Shown one piece after another: positions 1-13,129 of a DNA stretch of 64,000 nt. Position numbers and translations under genes: made by a program. The stretch comes from Mobula hypostoma (lineage: Eukaryota), in the NCBI RefSeq assembly GCF_963921235.1, contig NC_086097.1, positions 149,484,001-149,548,000 of the forward strand, in the 5' to 3' direction. The notes beneath the pieces were generated by a model. The model searched no databases, had not been told where the DNA came from, and was given only the letters and a program-made list of their open reading frames with translations. Within the stretch, counting starts at the first letter, position 1; every line of letters starts with the position of its first letter.

Positions 1-545
1 AGCATGGAAACAAGCCTTTCAGCTCAGCTGGCCCATGCCGACCAGGATTCCTATCTAAGTTGTTATCTTTTGCCCATGTATGTCCAAGTAACTAACCACA
101 TTTGAAAATGTACCTGCCTCAACCAGTTTATTCAATACACTGACCATCTGCTGGTTGCAAATGTTGTCTCTCAGGTCACTATAAAATCTCTTCCCCCCAC
201 CCCCCCACCTTAAACCTGCGCTCTTGGGGGGAAAAAACTGCACATTCACCCTCTCTATGCACTACACAATTTTATACAACCAAGTGAGATTACATCTCAA
301 TCTCCTTTTCTTCCTAGAGAAAAGTCACAATCTTCTCCATCTCACCCTATAACTCAATCCTTTGAGTCCCAGCACCGTCCCCGTAGATCTTCTCTGCTTT
401 CTTTCTAGCTTACTGCCATCTTTCTTATGTCGGGGTGACCAAAACTGAACACAATATTCCCAATGTGGGCTCTCTAAATTCTTGTACAAATTCAACATAG
501 CATCCCAACTTCGTAACTTCCAACTTAATGCCCTAAATGGTGAAG
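1..545 (-). mobile_element. CR1 LINE 3' fragment
   Basis: The minus-strand ORF contains the CR1 ORF2 C-terminal motif MLNLYKNL.SPH.EYCVQFWSP. Confidence 0.8.
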
Positions 546-1373
546 GCAAGTGTTCAACAGCCGCCATCTCCGCCATGTCTAAATATAATGACACAGGGAG
601 CTGTATATTATACTTGATCACTGTATCTAAAGAGATGGTTTTTGTATTCTACACAATAGTCATGTTAAATTGAGGCGCATAATAAACTGTAAGAGGAATG
701 AGGGTACGGGAGATTTCACGGAAGAACCATAAAGTTAATCCTAGACAACATATACAATGGAGCAGCTTCCTACTAAACCAAAAGATAGCTTCCAATTCCC
801 TCTACACAATCATATCAACTCCGTAGCAAACTGGTTAAATAAAAACAGACGGGCAGAATTGATATTTCAGTTCAATGATCTCTCGACTAAATACAGCAGA
901 GATTTTCCTCTTCTCTGCATTTGGTCAGCATGTGCTCTCTGGGAACAGGGCCACTCACTCTGGCTTCACTCCTGACTGTACTGTCCAAAGTTTCTAATAG
1001 GATTCAAGTGGGCTTATTCCATCAATAAAAGCAGGGCCTTTGAGTTCTGCATAGTCCATGTACATCCTTTTCATTTACTCTCCTTTTTTTGCTCGAACAC
1101 TGAATATGTCGAATTTTTTTTCTCAACCGGCTCAGGGTCTGGTTGCTGGGGGACATGTACAGTATTTAAAATAATAGACAAAAGAGCCTGAGGGGAGTAT
1201 TGGAGACATTTCTTGTGCAAAAAGTCATTGATTTGGAAGGCACTGCCTGAAAAATGGGCAAAGTGGGGGAGAGTGATGTTAATTATGTGTTCTAACAGGA
1301 GGCACAATGAGCATAGTAGACCAGATAACTCTGAGGAAATGTGTAATAAATGGCTTTTTGTTTACATCTGCAG

Positions 1374-1589
1374 AAAATGCCCTGCTGGGAGAAGGTTTAG
1401 TTAAGCGCTTCACTGAACTAATTAACAGTGGAAAGTACCACATCATTTTGAATTCCAAGCAATTTCCAGCAGTGAATAATCCTATGAACAAAGGCCACAA
1501 CATTTCACCCTTCATGGAGCTTGGATGCAGTGATGGCTACCAACGATTTTCAGCTGCTCAGAGAAGCAGAAATGATGTTAATGGATGCA
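1374..1589 (+). CDS. TG: Thyroglobulin exon (human exon 20 equivalent)
   Basis: Acceptor ctgcag|AAAATG, donor TGCA|gtaagt; 216 bp, phase 1-1. Translation ENALLGEGLVKRFTELINSGKYHIILNSKQFPA...GCSDGYQ...NGC resembles human TG ERALVGKDLLGRFTDLIQSGSFQLHLDSKTFPA...GCSEGF...GC. Confidence 0.92.
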
Positions 1590-1784
1590 GTAAGTGTTAA
1601 CACCATTTAAGTCATTACTTGCAAGTTAATATCTCAGCAGTCAGAGAATTCTTTTCAGTGCAGCGCAGAAATAAGTGGCATCTTAACTCTTCATCGACTT
1701 TTATACACCAAACATTTTCCTTGCACTTTTTTGGTACTAAATTCAAATCCATTGCAAACTGAGTGGGGAGGTGGTGGATAAATC

Positions 1785-2072
1785 TTCCCGGACCTCCTGT
1801 CCCATGATCCTCTCGTATCCCCTTTTGCCTATCACCTGTCCAGCTCTCGGCTCTATCCCTCCCCCTCCTGTCTTCTCCTATCATTTTGCATCTCCCCCTC
1901 CCCCTCCAGCTTTCAAATCCCTTACTCACTCTTCCTTCAGTTAGTCCTGACGAAGGGTCTCGGCCTGAAACGTCGACTGCGCCTCTTCCTATAGATGCTG
2001 CTTGGCCTGCTGCGTTCACCAGCAACTTTGATGTGTGTTGCTTGAATTTCCAGCATCTGCAGAATTCCTGTT
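1785..2072 (+). mobile_element. Penelope-like element 3' tail fragment (pLTR-like) with hammerhead motif
   Basis: Near-identical to 48730-49010, the tail of the GIY-YIG-encoding element. Confidence 0.85.
1943..1978 (+). ncRNA. Minimal type-I hammerhead ribozyme motif
   Basis: AGTC-CTGACGA-A-GGGT/CTCG/GCCT-GAAA-CGTC-GACT: stem I AGTC/GACT, conserved core, short stem II, palindromic ACGU stem III, GUC cleavage triplet. Confidence 0.7.
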
Positions 2073-2308
2073 GAATGATAAATACTCTTGGCTTCTTGAC
2101 AGAGGCAGTCCAACCAATTGTGCCATGGTCTCTATATGGATGAAATACTTGCATAAAATTTCCTTGGAATATATTCATCAAACCTCCCATTGTCACTGTT
2201 TATTCCTGGCCTTATTGTACCTTTAATCCCTGCCATGTAGGGTAGGAATACAGGAAATGCTGTACTGGTAAAGAATATCCATCTGATTGCCAAAATGGTT
2301 GTGTTCAA

Positions 2309-2622
2309 GAAGTGTTGGTGCGTGGCCAAATGGTTAAGGCATTCATCTAGTGATTTGAAGGTCGCTAGTTTGAGCCTTGGCTGAGGCAGCGTGTTGTGTC
2401 CTTGAGCAAGGTACTTAATCACACATTGCTCTGCGATGACACCAGTGCCAAGCTGTATAGGTCCTAATGCCCTTCCCTTCGACAACATCGATGACGTAGA
2501 GAGGGGAAACTTGCAGCATGGGCAACTACCATGGTCTTCCATACAACCTTGCCCAGGCCTGCGCCCTGGAAACCTTCCAAGGCACAAATCCATGGTCTCA
2601 TGAGACTAACGGATGCCTATAA
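2309..2622 (+). mobile_element. tRNA-derived SINE with CORE-like body and RTE-like tail
   Basis: A box TGGCCAAATGG, B box-like AGTTTGAGCC, CORE-like TGTGTCCTTGAGCAAGGTACTTAA, tail AAATCCATGGTCTCATGAG; 9-bp TSD TGTGTTCAA at 2300-2308 and 2623-2631. Confidence 0.75.
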
Positions 2623-3939
2623 TGTGTTCAATAATTCATTTCCTCAAATTTTCAAGAACACTTTGAAATGTTGAATTAAAGTTGTTCCACTCACCAAAGA
2701 TAAAAATGGCAAAGATAGCCTTGTGGGATAAACCTGAGTTTCTTGTTATTTTGTGCCCATACTTTTATATTATCCAGACTTTCTTCTGCTGCAGAAATGC
2801 CTCTAAGAATGGGAGAGTAAAATAGATTGGTTTGGTTGCATTGCTTCTCTCTGTTGTGTAAAAGCAGCTCCATAAAAACTTCATTCTCCTTTACTCCACA
2901 TAAATTACCAGTATCTCATGCTCTCTCAGAAAAGCAGTTTCATGTGGGAAGCATTTGCTTGCTTAGCAGATGAAGCACAACACTGAGGGGGGGAAAATGT
3001 CATCTTGGACAGTGATTGGAAGTCCTATAGCACTATGCAAAGAGAATGATATTTCCAATCAATGTTTACTTTGCTGTTATTATTTTTGCTGGGTGCGACT
3101 CCTTGATTTGCATTTGTAAATTGCATGTTTTCTTAATTACAACAGTGTTCATTCTTCATGGAATACTTATATTAGTAAGCTTATCTTTTTTAAACCAAAT
3201 TCAATATATTTAATCCTAAAAATCTTACAGTTACCTTTTTTCTCTTCTCCCTCCACCTCATTCTGCCTGATGATCAAACTGGGGCTCTCTACCTTCATTT
3301 TTGTGTTGAAGTATCTCAATGAGATGAGATTGTTAAAGTGCTGGACAAACACAAGCAGATTTACAACTCAAAGCTACTCTGAGTCAGTCCTAATTTGTGC
3401 AATGCTAAGCACAGTAAAGCTGGTGTGGGAGAGATATCACACTGATCCCAGCGGTTTAATAACATAATGCAGATTAATGTGTCAATTTACCAATGGCAAA
3501 ATGACCGAATTAGAAATTACATCTGGTTGGATTTCTGAACATTTTGCTCATTGTGAAAATTTTAGAGGAGGGAATTGGAGTTCTGTGGGTGTCCTGGCCA
3601 TAGAGCGATTCCTTGTGCAAATGTATTAAATTGTTTGCTGCCCTAAAATATTGTACATTTATTTGCACACAGGGTATCAACATTGCTAGCAAGATCAGCA
3701 TGTATTGTCCAACCCTCATTACCATTCAATTAAGTGGCTCTTCAGGTTATTTCAGAGAGTGTTTCAGTGTCAATTGAACACATACGGATCCTGATTCATA
3801 TAATCCCAGGCCAGGGAAGGATACCCATCCTCCCTTAAAGGAAAATAATCAATCTGATGTTTTGTTGCAGCAAATCAATAAATTTCCTCATCCCATTAAC
3901 CAAACTAACATGCTATTTTAAAATTCCAGGTATATTTAG

Positions 3940-4450
3940 AACATAGGATGTAGAATGATACAGCACATCAACAGGGCATTCTGCCCAGAATGTTGTGCCA
4001 AACTAATAGAATTAATAATCAATTAACCAACCGAACTAATCCTTTGGAGTATATCCCTCCACTTCCTGCACGTTCTGGTGCCCATCTAAAAGGCTCTTGA
4101 ATGCCTCGGTTGTATTCGCCTCCACCACCATCCCAAGTAGTGCATTCCAAGTACCTATCACGATAAACCTTGTCCTGCACATCTCCTTTGAACTTTCCTC
4201 CTCTGGAATTATGTATGCCCTCTGGCATGAGACATCTCAGCACTGGGTAAAAGATACTGTCTGTCTACTTTAACTATGCCTCTCATAATCTTATAAATCC
4301 TATCAGCTCTTCCCTCAGCCTCTGCCACCTCAAAGAAAACAACTCCCAACACTCCTTATAGTACATGCTCTCTAATCCAGGCTGCATCCTGGTAAACCTC
4401 TTCCGTACCCTTTCTAAAGCCTCCATTCTGATAACGAGGCAACTAGAGGT
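3940..4450 (-). mobile_element. CR1 LINE 3' fragment
   Basis: Reverse complement of the CR1 3' end seen in other copies in this window (ctctaatccaggc...cctggtaaacctc). Confidence 0.7.
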
Positions 4451-4804
4451 AACAATTTAATTTCTTCAGCTGCCACTTTACAAGATGAACCCATGTCTTC
4501 TGATCATTGGTACAAATATGCAGATTGCTAGTGTAGTTACATAGTACTAACAGACAATACTATTTCATAATTAATATACCACCGATGTCCTGGATTTTAC
4601 AGAAATTGAACAGTTCACTCTTGGTAATATTAAAATTACTCTACAAATAACACAGACATTCTTGAAGTTATTTTGTCATCTTGCTAACCAGTCAAGTATG
4701 TCCAATTTGGTATGATTTGCTTGCTTAGAAGTACATATTCCTGAGTCTGAAATCTGAATTTGGGTTATGAAAAGCAGTGGCCCTGATCCTTATTGAACAC
4801 TGCA

Positions 4805-5190
4805 GAACATAGAACAGTGCAGCACAGGATGCACAAATTGTGCAGGATCAATTAAATTAACCATCAAATGGCCAACTAAACTAATCTTTTCTGCCTGCAC
4901 AATTTCTATATCATTCCATTTTCCTCACATTCATGTGCCGATCAAAGCGTCTCTTAAAAATCCCTGTGTACCTGCCTCTGCCACCATCCCAGGAATCCAC
5001 CACTCATTGTGTAAGAAACTTGTCCCTCACATCTCCTCTGAAACTGCCCTCTCTCACCTTAAATGCATGCCCTCTGGTATTAGACATTTCAATCCTGAGA
5101 AAAGATATTGTCTGTCTACTCTATGTTCTTCATAATCTTACTGTACAAGCCTCTATCAGATCTTCCTTCAGCCTCTGCCTCTCCAGAGAC
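4805..5190 (-). mobile_element. CR1 LINE 3' fragment
   Basis: Similar to 3940-4450. Confidence 0.65.
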
Positions 5191-6239
5191 TGTAAAACCA
5201 TAGAATATAGTTCTAGGATTAGGCCATTTGGCTCATTAATTCTGCACCACCATTTCACGGCTGATTCAGTTCTCTCTCAGCCTCAATCTCCCACCTTCCC
5301 CCTGTATCCCTTCATGACCTGACTAATCAAGAACCTATCAACCTCTGCCTTAAATATACCCAATGACTTGGCCTCCACAACCGCCTGTGGCAACAAATTC
5401 CACAGATCATCTTATACAACCCTATCAGGTCACCTCTCATCCTTGTTTGGCACAGCATTGTGGGCTGAAGGGCCTGTATTGTGCTGTAGTTTTTCTATAT
5501 TTCTGTATTCGCCAAATCTTGGCTAAGAAAATTCTGCTCCATCTCTGTTCGAATCGAATGTTCAGCTGTCCTGAGGTTGTGTCCTCTGATCTTGGATTCC
5601 CCTACCAGAGGAAACATCCTACTCACATCACATCCAATCTTTTGAGGCCTTTCAATGTTTCATGGGTTTCAAAGAGATCCCCCCTCATTCTGAAGAATCC
5701 AGTGTGTACAGGACCAGAGCCAGCAAACGCTCCTCATATGATAAGCCTTTCAATCCTGGAATCATTTATGTGAACCTCCTTTGAACCTTCTTCAATCTCA
5801 GCACATCTTTTCTTAGACAAGAGGCACATAACTGCTCACTGTACTCCAACTGAGGTATCACCAGTGCCTTATAAGGTCTCAATATGTTTGTTTTTTTATC
5901 TTCTGGCCCTCTCAAAACAAATGCCAACATCACATTTGCCTTCCTCACCACTGACTCAACCTGCAAATTAGCCTTCAGGGAATCCTGCATGAGAACTCCT
6001 AAGTCCATTTGCACCTCAGATTTTTGAACTTTTACTCCATTTAGAAAATAGTCTATGCTTTTATTTCTTCTACCAAAGTGCATGACCTTACACTTCCCAA
6101 CACTATATTCCATCTGCCACTTCTGTATCCATTGTCCTCTGTAGTGTCTGTGCTTCTTCAGCACCACTTGCTCTTCCACCTATCTTCATATTGTCTGCAA
6201 ACTTGGCCGCAAAGCCATCAATTCTGTCAATCAAATCAA

Positions 6240-7055
6240 AGTTCCAAGTAACTTCTACTATCAAAGTACATGTATATCACCATATACTATTCTGAGGTTC
6301 AGTTTCTTGTGGGCACACTCAACAAACCTATAGAATAGTAACTATAACCGGATCAAAGAAAGACCACCCAACTAGATTGTTCAACCAGAGTGCAGAAGAC
6401 AATAAACTGCAAATGCAAATATAAACAAACAGCAACAAATAATGAGAACATAAGATGAAGAGTCCTTGACAATGAGACCTGTCCTCATTGTCACTATCAA
6501 GGTGCAGGTACAGAAGCCTGAAGGCACACATTCAGTGATTCAGGAACAGCTTCTTCCCCTCCGACATCAGATTTCTAAATGGACATTGAATCCATGAACA
6601 CTACCTCACTTGTCATCATTCCTCTTCTTGCACTACTACTTTTAATTTAACTGTTTAATATACATATACTTTAAGTTTTTTTTCTATATAATCATGTATT
6701 GTACTGCTGTGACTAAGTGAACAAATTTTACTACATGACAGTGATATTAAATCTCATTCTGGCAACATTTCAATAATGCGGCGAGTGAAGTTATCCCCTT
6801 TTGTTCGAGAAGCTGATGGTTGAGGGGTAGTAACTGTACTTGAACCTGGTGGTGCGAGTCTTGAGGCTCTTGCACCTTCTACTGGATGGCAGCAGTTAGA
6901 TGTGAGCATGACCTGATGGCAGACATTGTCCTCCTATGAGAGTGTTTAACGTAGATGTATTCATTGGTTGAGAGGGCTTTACCCATGATGCACTGGGCCA
7001 AATCCACTACAGTTTGCTGGAATTACCATTTAAGGGCATCAGTATTTCCATAGAA
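6240..7055. mobile_element. Nested Rex/Babar-like LINE 3' fragments (both orientations)
   Basis: Rex-type 3' motifs (tacagaagcctgaagg...caggaacagcttcttcccc on +; ctgatggttgaggggtag...tgaacctggtggtg read as a minus-strand copy) splitting the CR1. Confidence 0.6.
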
Positions 7056-8809
7056 AGCTATCGTTGACATAAAATATAAAAAAGAAGTGGTTCCAACACA
7101 GACCCCCGTGGAACACCAGTAGTCACTGGCAGCCAACCAGAAAAGGCTCCCTTCATACCCACTCTTTGCCTCCTGCCATAGGCTCTCAACTTGTTTAGCA
7201 GCCCTGTGTGTGACACCTTGTCAAAGACCTCCTGAAAATCCAAGTACACGACATCCAACAATTCTCCTTTGTCTATCTTGCTTGTTATTTCTTCAAAGAA
7301 TTCCTACAGTTTTGTTAGACAAAATATTCTCTAATGTAAACCATGTTGATTACAGCCTATTTTATCACATGCCTTCAAGTACCCTGAAACCACATCCTTA
7401 ACAATGGACTCCAACATCTTCCCAACCACTACGGTCAGTCTAACTGGCCTATAATTTCCTTTCTTCCGCCACTGTCCATTCTTGAAGAGTGGAATGATAT
7501 TTGCAAGTTTCCAGCCTTCTGGAACAATGACCGAATTCATTGATTCTTGAAAGATCATTATTAATGCCTCCACAATCTCTTCAGCCACCTCTTTTAGAAC
7601 TCTGTGGCTTAGTCCATTTGGTCCAGGTGACTTATCTACCTTCAGACATTCCGGTTTCCCAAGCACCCTCTCCCTACTAATGGCAACTTCACTCACTTCT
7701 GCCCCCAACACTCTTGAACTTCTGGCATACTGCTAGTGCTTTCTATAGTGAAGTCTGATGTAAAATACTTATTCAGTTCATCTGCCATTTCCTTGTACCT
7801 CATTACTATTGCTCCAGCATCATTTTCCAACAGTCCAATGTCTACTATTGCCTCCCTTTTACACTTTATGTACCTGAAGAAACTTTTGCTATCCTCTTTA
7901 ATATTATTAGCTAGCTTACCATCCTATTCCATCTTTTTCTTGTTTAAGACTTTTTTTTAAGCTGCCTTCTTTTGGTTTTTAAAAGCTTCCCAATCATCTA
8001 ACTTCCTACTAATTTTTACTCTATAATATGCCCTCTTTTTGACATTTATGTTGGCTTCAACTTCTCCTGTCAGCCACAATTGTATCATCCTGCCTTTAGA
8101 ATACTACTTTGGGATGTATCTATCCTGTCCCTTCTGAATTGTTCCTGGAAACTCCAGCCATTGCTGTTCTGCCGTCATCCCTGCTAGTGTTCCCTTCCAA
8201 TCAATTTTGAACAGCTCCTCTCTCATGCCTCTGTAATTCTCTTTTCTCTATTGTTATATTGATACCTCTAATTTTAGCTTCTAAAATGGCAGGGTGAATT
8301 CTATCATACTATGTTTATTGTCTCCTAAGGGTTCCTTTAACTTAAGCTCTCTAACCATTTCTAGTTCTTTGCACAACACCCAATCTAGCTGATCACCTAG
8401 TGGGCTCAACCATGAGCTGCTTTTAAAAAGCTGTCTTGGCATTCTACAAAGTTCCCCTCTTAGGATCCAGCACCAACCTGATTTTCCCAATCTAACTGCA
8501 CATTGAAATTCCCCATGACTATCATAATATTGCCTTTTGACATACATTTTCTATCTTGCATTGTAGTTTGTAGAGCCCATCTTTGCTACTGTTTTGGAGG
8601 TCTGTATATAACTCCAATCAGGGTTTTTTTTTTAACCCCTGTAGTTCCTTAGCTCTACCAGCGATGACTCTACATCTTCCGACCCTATGTCATCTCTTTC
8701 TAATGATTTGATTTCATCTTTTATATCAGAGCCACCCAAAGTCTTTTGCCTACCTGCCTTTCCTTTCAATACATTGTGTATCCTTGGAGGTTAATCTCCT
8801 AACTATAAT

Positions 8810-9350
8810 GCTGGGAGGATTAGAATATAAAAGCGAGGATGTAATGTTGAGACTTTGAGGCACTGGTGAGGCCTTACTTGGAGTATTGTGTGCAGTTATG
8901 GGTCCTTTATCTGAGACTGGATGTGCTGAAACTGGAGAACATTCAAAGGAGGTTCACAAAAATGATTCAAGGATTAAATGGTTTGTGGTATGAAGAACAT
9001 TTGTCGGCTCTGGGCCTGTATTCACTGGAATTTAGAAGAATGAGGAGTGACCTAATTGAAACCTATCTAATGGTGAAAGGTCTTGATAGAGTGGACGTGG
9101 AGAGGATGTTTCCCTTGGTGGGAGTGTCTAAGGCATCCTCAAAATAGAGGGGCATACTTTATAGTGTATTATATCTATATATTTAAGACAGGTTGATAGA
9201 TAATTGATTGGTCAGGGCATGAAGGGATATAGGGGAGGGGGGAAGGAAGGAGGTTGGGGCTGAGGGGAAAAATGGATCTTCCATGATGAAATGGCAGAGC
9301 AGACTCAATGGGCCAAATGGCCTAATTCTGCTCCTTTATCTTATGAACTT
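8810..9350 (+). mobile_element. CR1 3' fragment inserted into the minus-strand CR1
   Basis: RPYLEYCVQLW...IQRRFTKMI...LGLYSLEFRRMR, followed by a CR1 3' tail. Confidence 0.85.
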
Positions 9351-9419
9351 GTAATCTTCTTTCAGCCATGAATCTCATCATCATACATGCTAATCTGTAA
9401 CTGTGGTTCTAGTTCCTTT

Positions 9420-9990
9420 ACCTAAAACAACCCAAAGTTGTTTATCCTCAGAGAAAACAACCCCAGTTTGTTCACCCTCTCATTTATAGCACATACCCTC
9501 TGATCCAGGCAGCATCTTGGTAAACAACTTCTGCACCCTCTCCAAAGCCTCAACGTTCTTTCTATAATGGAGCAACCAGAGCTGTATGCAATATTCCAGG
9601 TGTGGCCTAAGTGGAGTTTTATAAAACTGCAACATAACTCCCTGAATTTTGAACTCATTGCCTCAACTAATGAAGGGTTGCATGCCATTTGCCTCCTTAA
9701 CCACTGTGTAGCCACTTTCAGGGAGTATGAATTTGGACCCCAAGATCCCTCTGCTCATCAAGTACAGATCCCTGTGGAACACCACTAATCATAGACTATA
9801 ATAATCATCGACTAATCAAGCTAGAATAAATCCCTTCGACCACTACCCTCTGTCTCAGATAGGCAAAGCAGTACTGAATCCAAACGGCCAATTCACCATG
9901 GATCCCATGCATCTTAATCTTCTGGATGATCCTCCCATGAGGGACTTTGTCAAACATTTTACTAAAATCCATGTAGACAACATCTACTGT
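9420..9990 (-). mobile_element. CR1 RT fragment
   Basis: Minus-strand CR1 RT and C-terminal sequence with internal deletions. Confidence 0.75.
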
Positions 9991-10800
9991 ATTTAATTTT
10001 CCCAGCTAAATATCTATCTTTTATTTTTACTCGCTGTAAAATAATTTTGTTACCCGTCCCTTTCCGCTACTGCCCCCTGTCTCTGGCTAAGTTTCTTTTG
10101 AAGTATAAAATACATTTGATAATCTTCATATATTATTATCATTTATGTTGTCATTGTCTCTTAGTTTTTTTTGTTTAAATACTGTTTGGTCAAACATGAC
10201 CTCTTTTTGAAAACTATACTTGAGTTTCTGGATTTTTAACAAACTACAGCTTAGTCAACAGGCTGAATGTAAACTATGATCACACAAGTTCAGCATTGGA
10301 TGTGTTGAAGCATGCTATACAGAGACCCAGACCTTGGAGATTAATGGATAGAAATTTATCTTCTGTTGAATGAACTAAATGTACAATGATGTGGGAACCA
10401 TATTTCAAAAGTAGTTTTCAATGCCACCATCACATGTCTCAGCGGGAGTAGCTGTTCTAAAGCCTCTTCACTCCCATAAAGCAGAGGTAGTTTAAAGAGG
10501 GTTTAATTAGCACCACACCTAGCCTTTTGGCTTGCTTAATGTAAAGTAATGATTATTCTAAATAAGATTGATGTCACTTCAACAATGAGTACTCTAAGTG
10601 AGAAGCTTTGAGACAGGTTAGATGTGTTTCCGACTTCTGAGTTACTTTTCAGCAGAAAGCGTGAAAATTGGTATTCCTTTACTTTAAAAAAAATCAAAAA
10701 TGATCTCAAGTTTAATTATTCATTTCATTGTACAGCGCTGAAGCAAATTGTGTTTCCAGTCTGCAAAGTGATGGATAATCGTGATCCTTTCATTTTACAG

Positions 10801-10950
10801 TTGTATGCCCTGCTGGCAGCTTTTTCCAGGATGGGAGGTGCATTCTGTGTCCCCCTGGGTTTTACCAGGAGACTGCAGGAAACTTGCATTGTAACAAGTG
10901 CCCAGTGGGGAGGAAAACGGTATCTCCTGGAGCTTTTTCAGCCCTCCAGT
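10801..10950 (+). CDS. TG: Thyroglobulin exon 21 equivalent (type-2 Cys repeats)
   Basis: ttttacag| ... CAGT|gtaagt; 150 bp. Encodes (I)VCPAGSFFQDGRCILCPPGFYQETAGNLHCNKCPVGRKTVSPGAFSALQ(C), versus human CPEGSYSQDEECIPCPVGFYQEQAGSLACVPCPVGRTTISAGAFSQTHC. This frame is not in the ORF track. Confidence 0.96.
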
Positions 10951-11734
10951 GTAAGTATATTTTTTGATTCGTTTTTTCAATACACTTATCTCTTTCCTGA
11001 TTCCCAATTTTCCATGTTGCATTTCTTTCCAACCTCATGCGTTCACAGTATACATTCTCCTTCCCTGTCCTGGCCTTGTGTCTGCCTCCCGTCTTTAGCA
11101 ACTAATCTCTCCACGTGCATTGCTTCTATATTCTGCTCTCCATTTTGCTCAAAACCCAAGCCAACAGTGTGTGCAAGAATGTCGGTGCTTTTGTTACTAA
11201 TGATTTAAAAACTGGAAGCAGGAACCTGTCATCTGATGTTGTGGTTTGTGGCCACACAGGGAATGTCAAGCACTTCCTCCTTTGTTGTTAAATATAGTGA
11301 ATTCCTGTGATGGTGTTGATTCCAGAAGTGGACATGTGACATGTTCAGCAGGGGGCATCCATCTGTTATTTACTCTTTGATCCTGCTTCCTTTTCCACAA
11401 ATGTGTTTATTCACCATTTTCATTCAGTGAAGGCAAACGAAGACCTGTGTTAGACTTGTTTTGTAAAATCCTTTTTGAAGCACCTGGATGAGAATTTGAA
11501 TCACGAAGATCTAGAAGGCTGCAGACTAAGTGTGGGTTAATTGGATTAGTATGAATGGATGCATGATGGTCAGTGTGGATTATAAATTATTATGATGAGG
11601 GCAGATCTGGAAATTAGGAGGCATTTTAGTGTCAGAATAAAAAATAGTTTAAAGTCAGATTTGCACTGGAGTTCTTGTTTGTACTGAATTAATCTTTACT
11701 GAGGTCAAACCGTTTCTAGGATATAGATTCATAC

Positions 11735-11980
11735 ATCATGAATATAGCCCTTTGGCCCATCAAGTCCACAATAACTATTCTAGCACTCACCTACACACTA
11801 GGGGCAACTTACAGTGGCCAATCTACTCACTGGCCTGCACCTCTTTGAGATGTGAGAGGAGACTGGAGCAGCCAAATGAAGCTAAAGTGGTCACAGAGTG
11901 CAGACAACACCAGAAATCAGGACTGAACCTGGGTCACTGGAGCTGAAAAACAGCACCAGCTGTACTGGCTGTGTCACAAT
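11735..11980 (-). mobile_element. V-SINE/HE1-like SINE remnant
   Basis: Reverse complement of a typical elasmobranch SINE (acactaggggcaacttacagtggccaat...gaacctgggtcactggagctg); related copies at about 39000-39245 and 60250-60550. Confidence 0.6.
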
Positions 11981-13129
11981 GCTCTTCTGCTTACTGTCCA
12001 TTCAGACTTTATCATTTGAATTAAATGGAACAGTATTAAGGATGTCAGAACTTTAAATTATTGATGGATGTTAGGAGAGTTTAATGTACACTCTGGCCAA
12101 ATGAATGAAAGGTCTTATTAAAACAGATAGTATTTGAGTATGTTCTGAAATTAAATACAGAAAATGGAACTACTCCGCATTCATGGCAAGAAAAACAGAG
12201 CTAATATTTCGGGTTGAGGGCCCTTCATAGTGAAGAGAGAAATGAAATTGGTTCTGGGTTGCAGAGAAGGTAGTGGAGAGATGGATAGGACAAAAGGAAT
12301 AGTTTTGAAGTACGTGAGGACAGGGATGCCTTTGAATAATGTGTAAATGAGGTCATCCAGTCTATGCATTAATAGGGGCCATACAAGGGAGACAGCACAA
12401 GAAAAGGAATATAATCATTACAAAATGCAGAGCTGCAGGATATGCTGAGTTGACCAGGCCATGCTAATGGAGAAAGAAACCTGAGCTGGTATCACAAATG
12501 AACCAGCCATTTCAGATACTGAAAGAGAAAGAGGGCTACTAGGAGTTGATAGTAAATCTAGAAGGTTGCAAGGTGCTCCTATGGCAGAAGTGTTTTTCCT
12601 TAAACTTGCAAGATTTTCAACTGAATGCACTTTGTCGGTAGCATAAATTTTGAGATTAAACAGATGCAGCAACATGAAATAAATATTTTCCATCCACTCA
12701 TTTTGACAGACCATCCTCATCCAGTCAGCTTCTTTCAAAAATCAAAATAGTGCTGTTGCTGGAAATCTAAAATAAAACAGGATGTGCTGGAGTTATTCAA
12801 CAGGTCAGGCAGCATCTGTGGAGAGGGAAATATTGTTGTTGTTTAGATCTGTGGCCCTTCATTGACTTGCACAGTTACTCTATGTAACTTTGCACTATTT
12901 GAACACTTTGTTTTTATTCGAGGTTTCCAGCAGAGAGTTATAGTTGTAGATCATGGATGCAGGCTCCTTGGCCCATCCAGTCCATGCTGACCAATATGCC
13001 CCATTCAGTCTAATTCCATTTCCTAGCATTTGAACCATAACTTTCTCAATCCATGTTACTGTCCACATAGATACCACACAGGTACCACACTTTGTATTAA
13101 AAAAAGAACAAAGTAGTCCTTCAAGTTCC

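Larger units (their letters stand above)
5190..9420 (-). mobile_element. Decayed CR1 LINE (EN-RT ORF2) interrupted by nested insertions
   Basis: Minus-strand ORFs with KCKVMHFG, VYLDFQ.FDKV.H, DKSPGP.G..PRVLKE and GNYRPV motifs; interrupted at about 6240-7055 and 8810-9350. Confidence 0.9.

Noticed and set aside
1615..2196. 193-aa minus-strand ORF and similar ORFs at 48560-49029 and 55775-56256
   Set aside because: Chance translations of the low-complexity Penelope tail, recurring in each repeat copy.
10624..11208. 194-aa ORF as a standalone gene, and an apparent frameshift in exon 21
   Set aside because: The ORF overlaps TG exon 21 in the wrong frame. Reading cca gtg ggg agg aaa acg gta gives an uninterrupted TG frame, so there is no frameshift.
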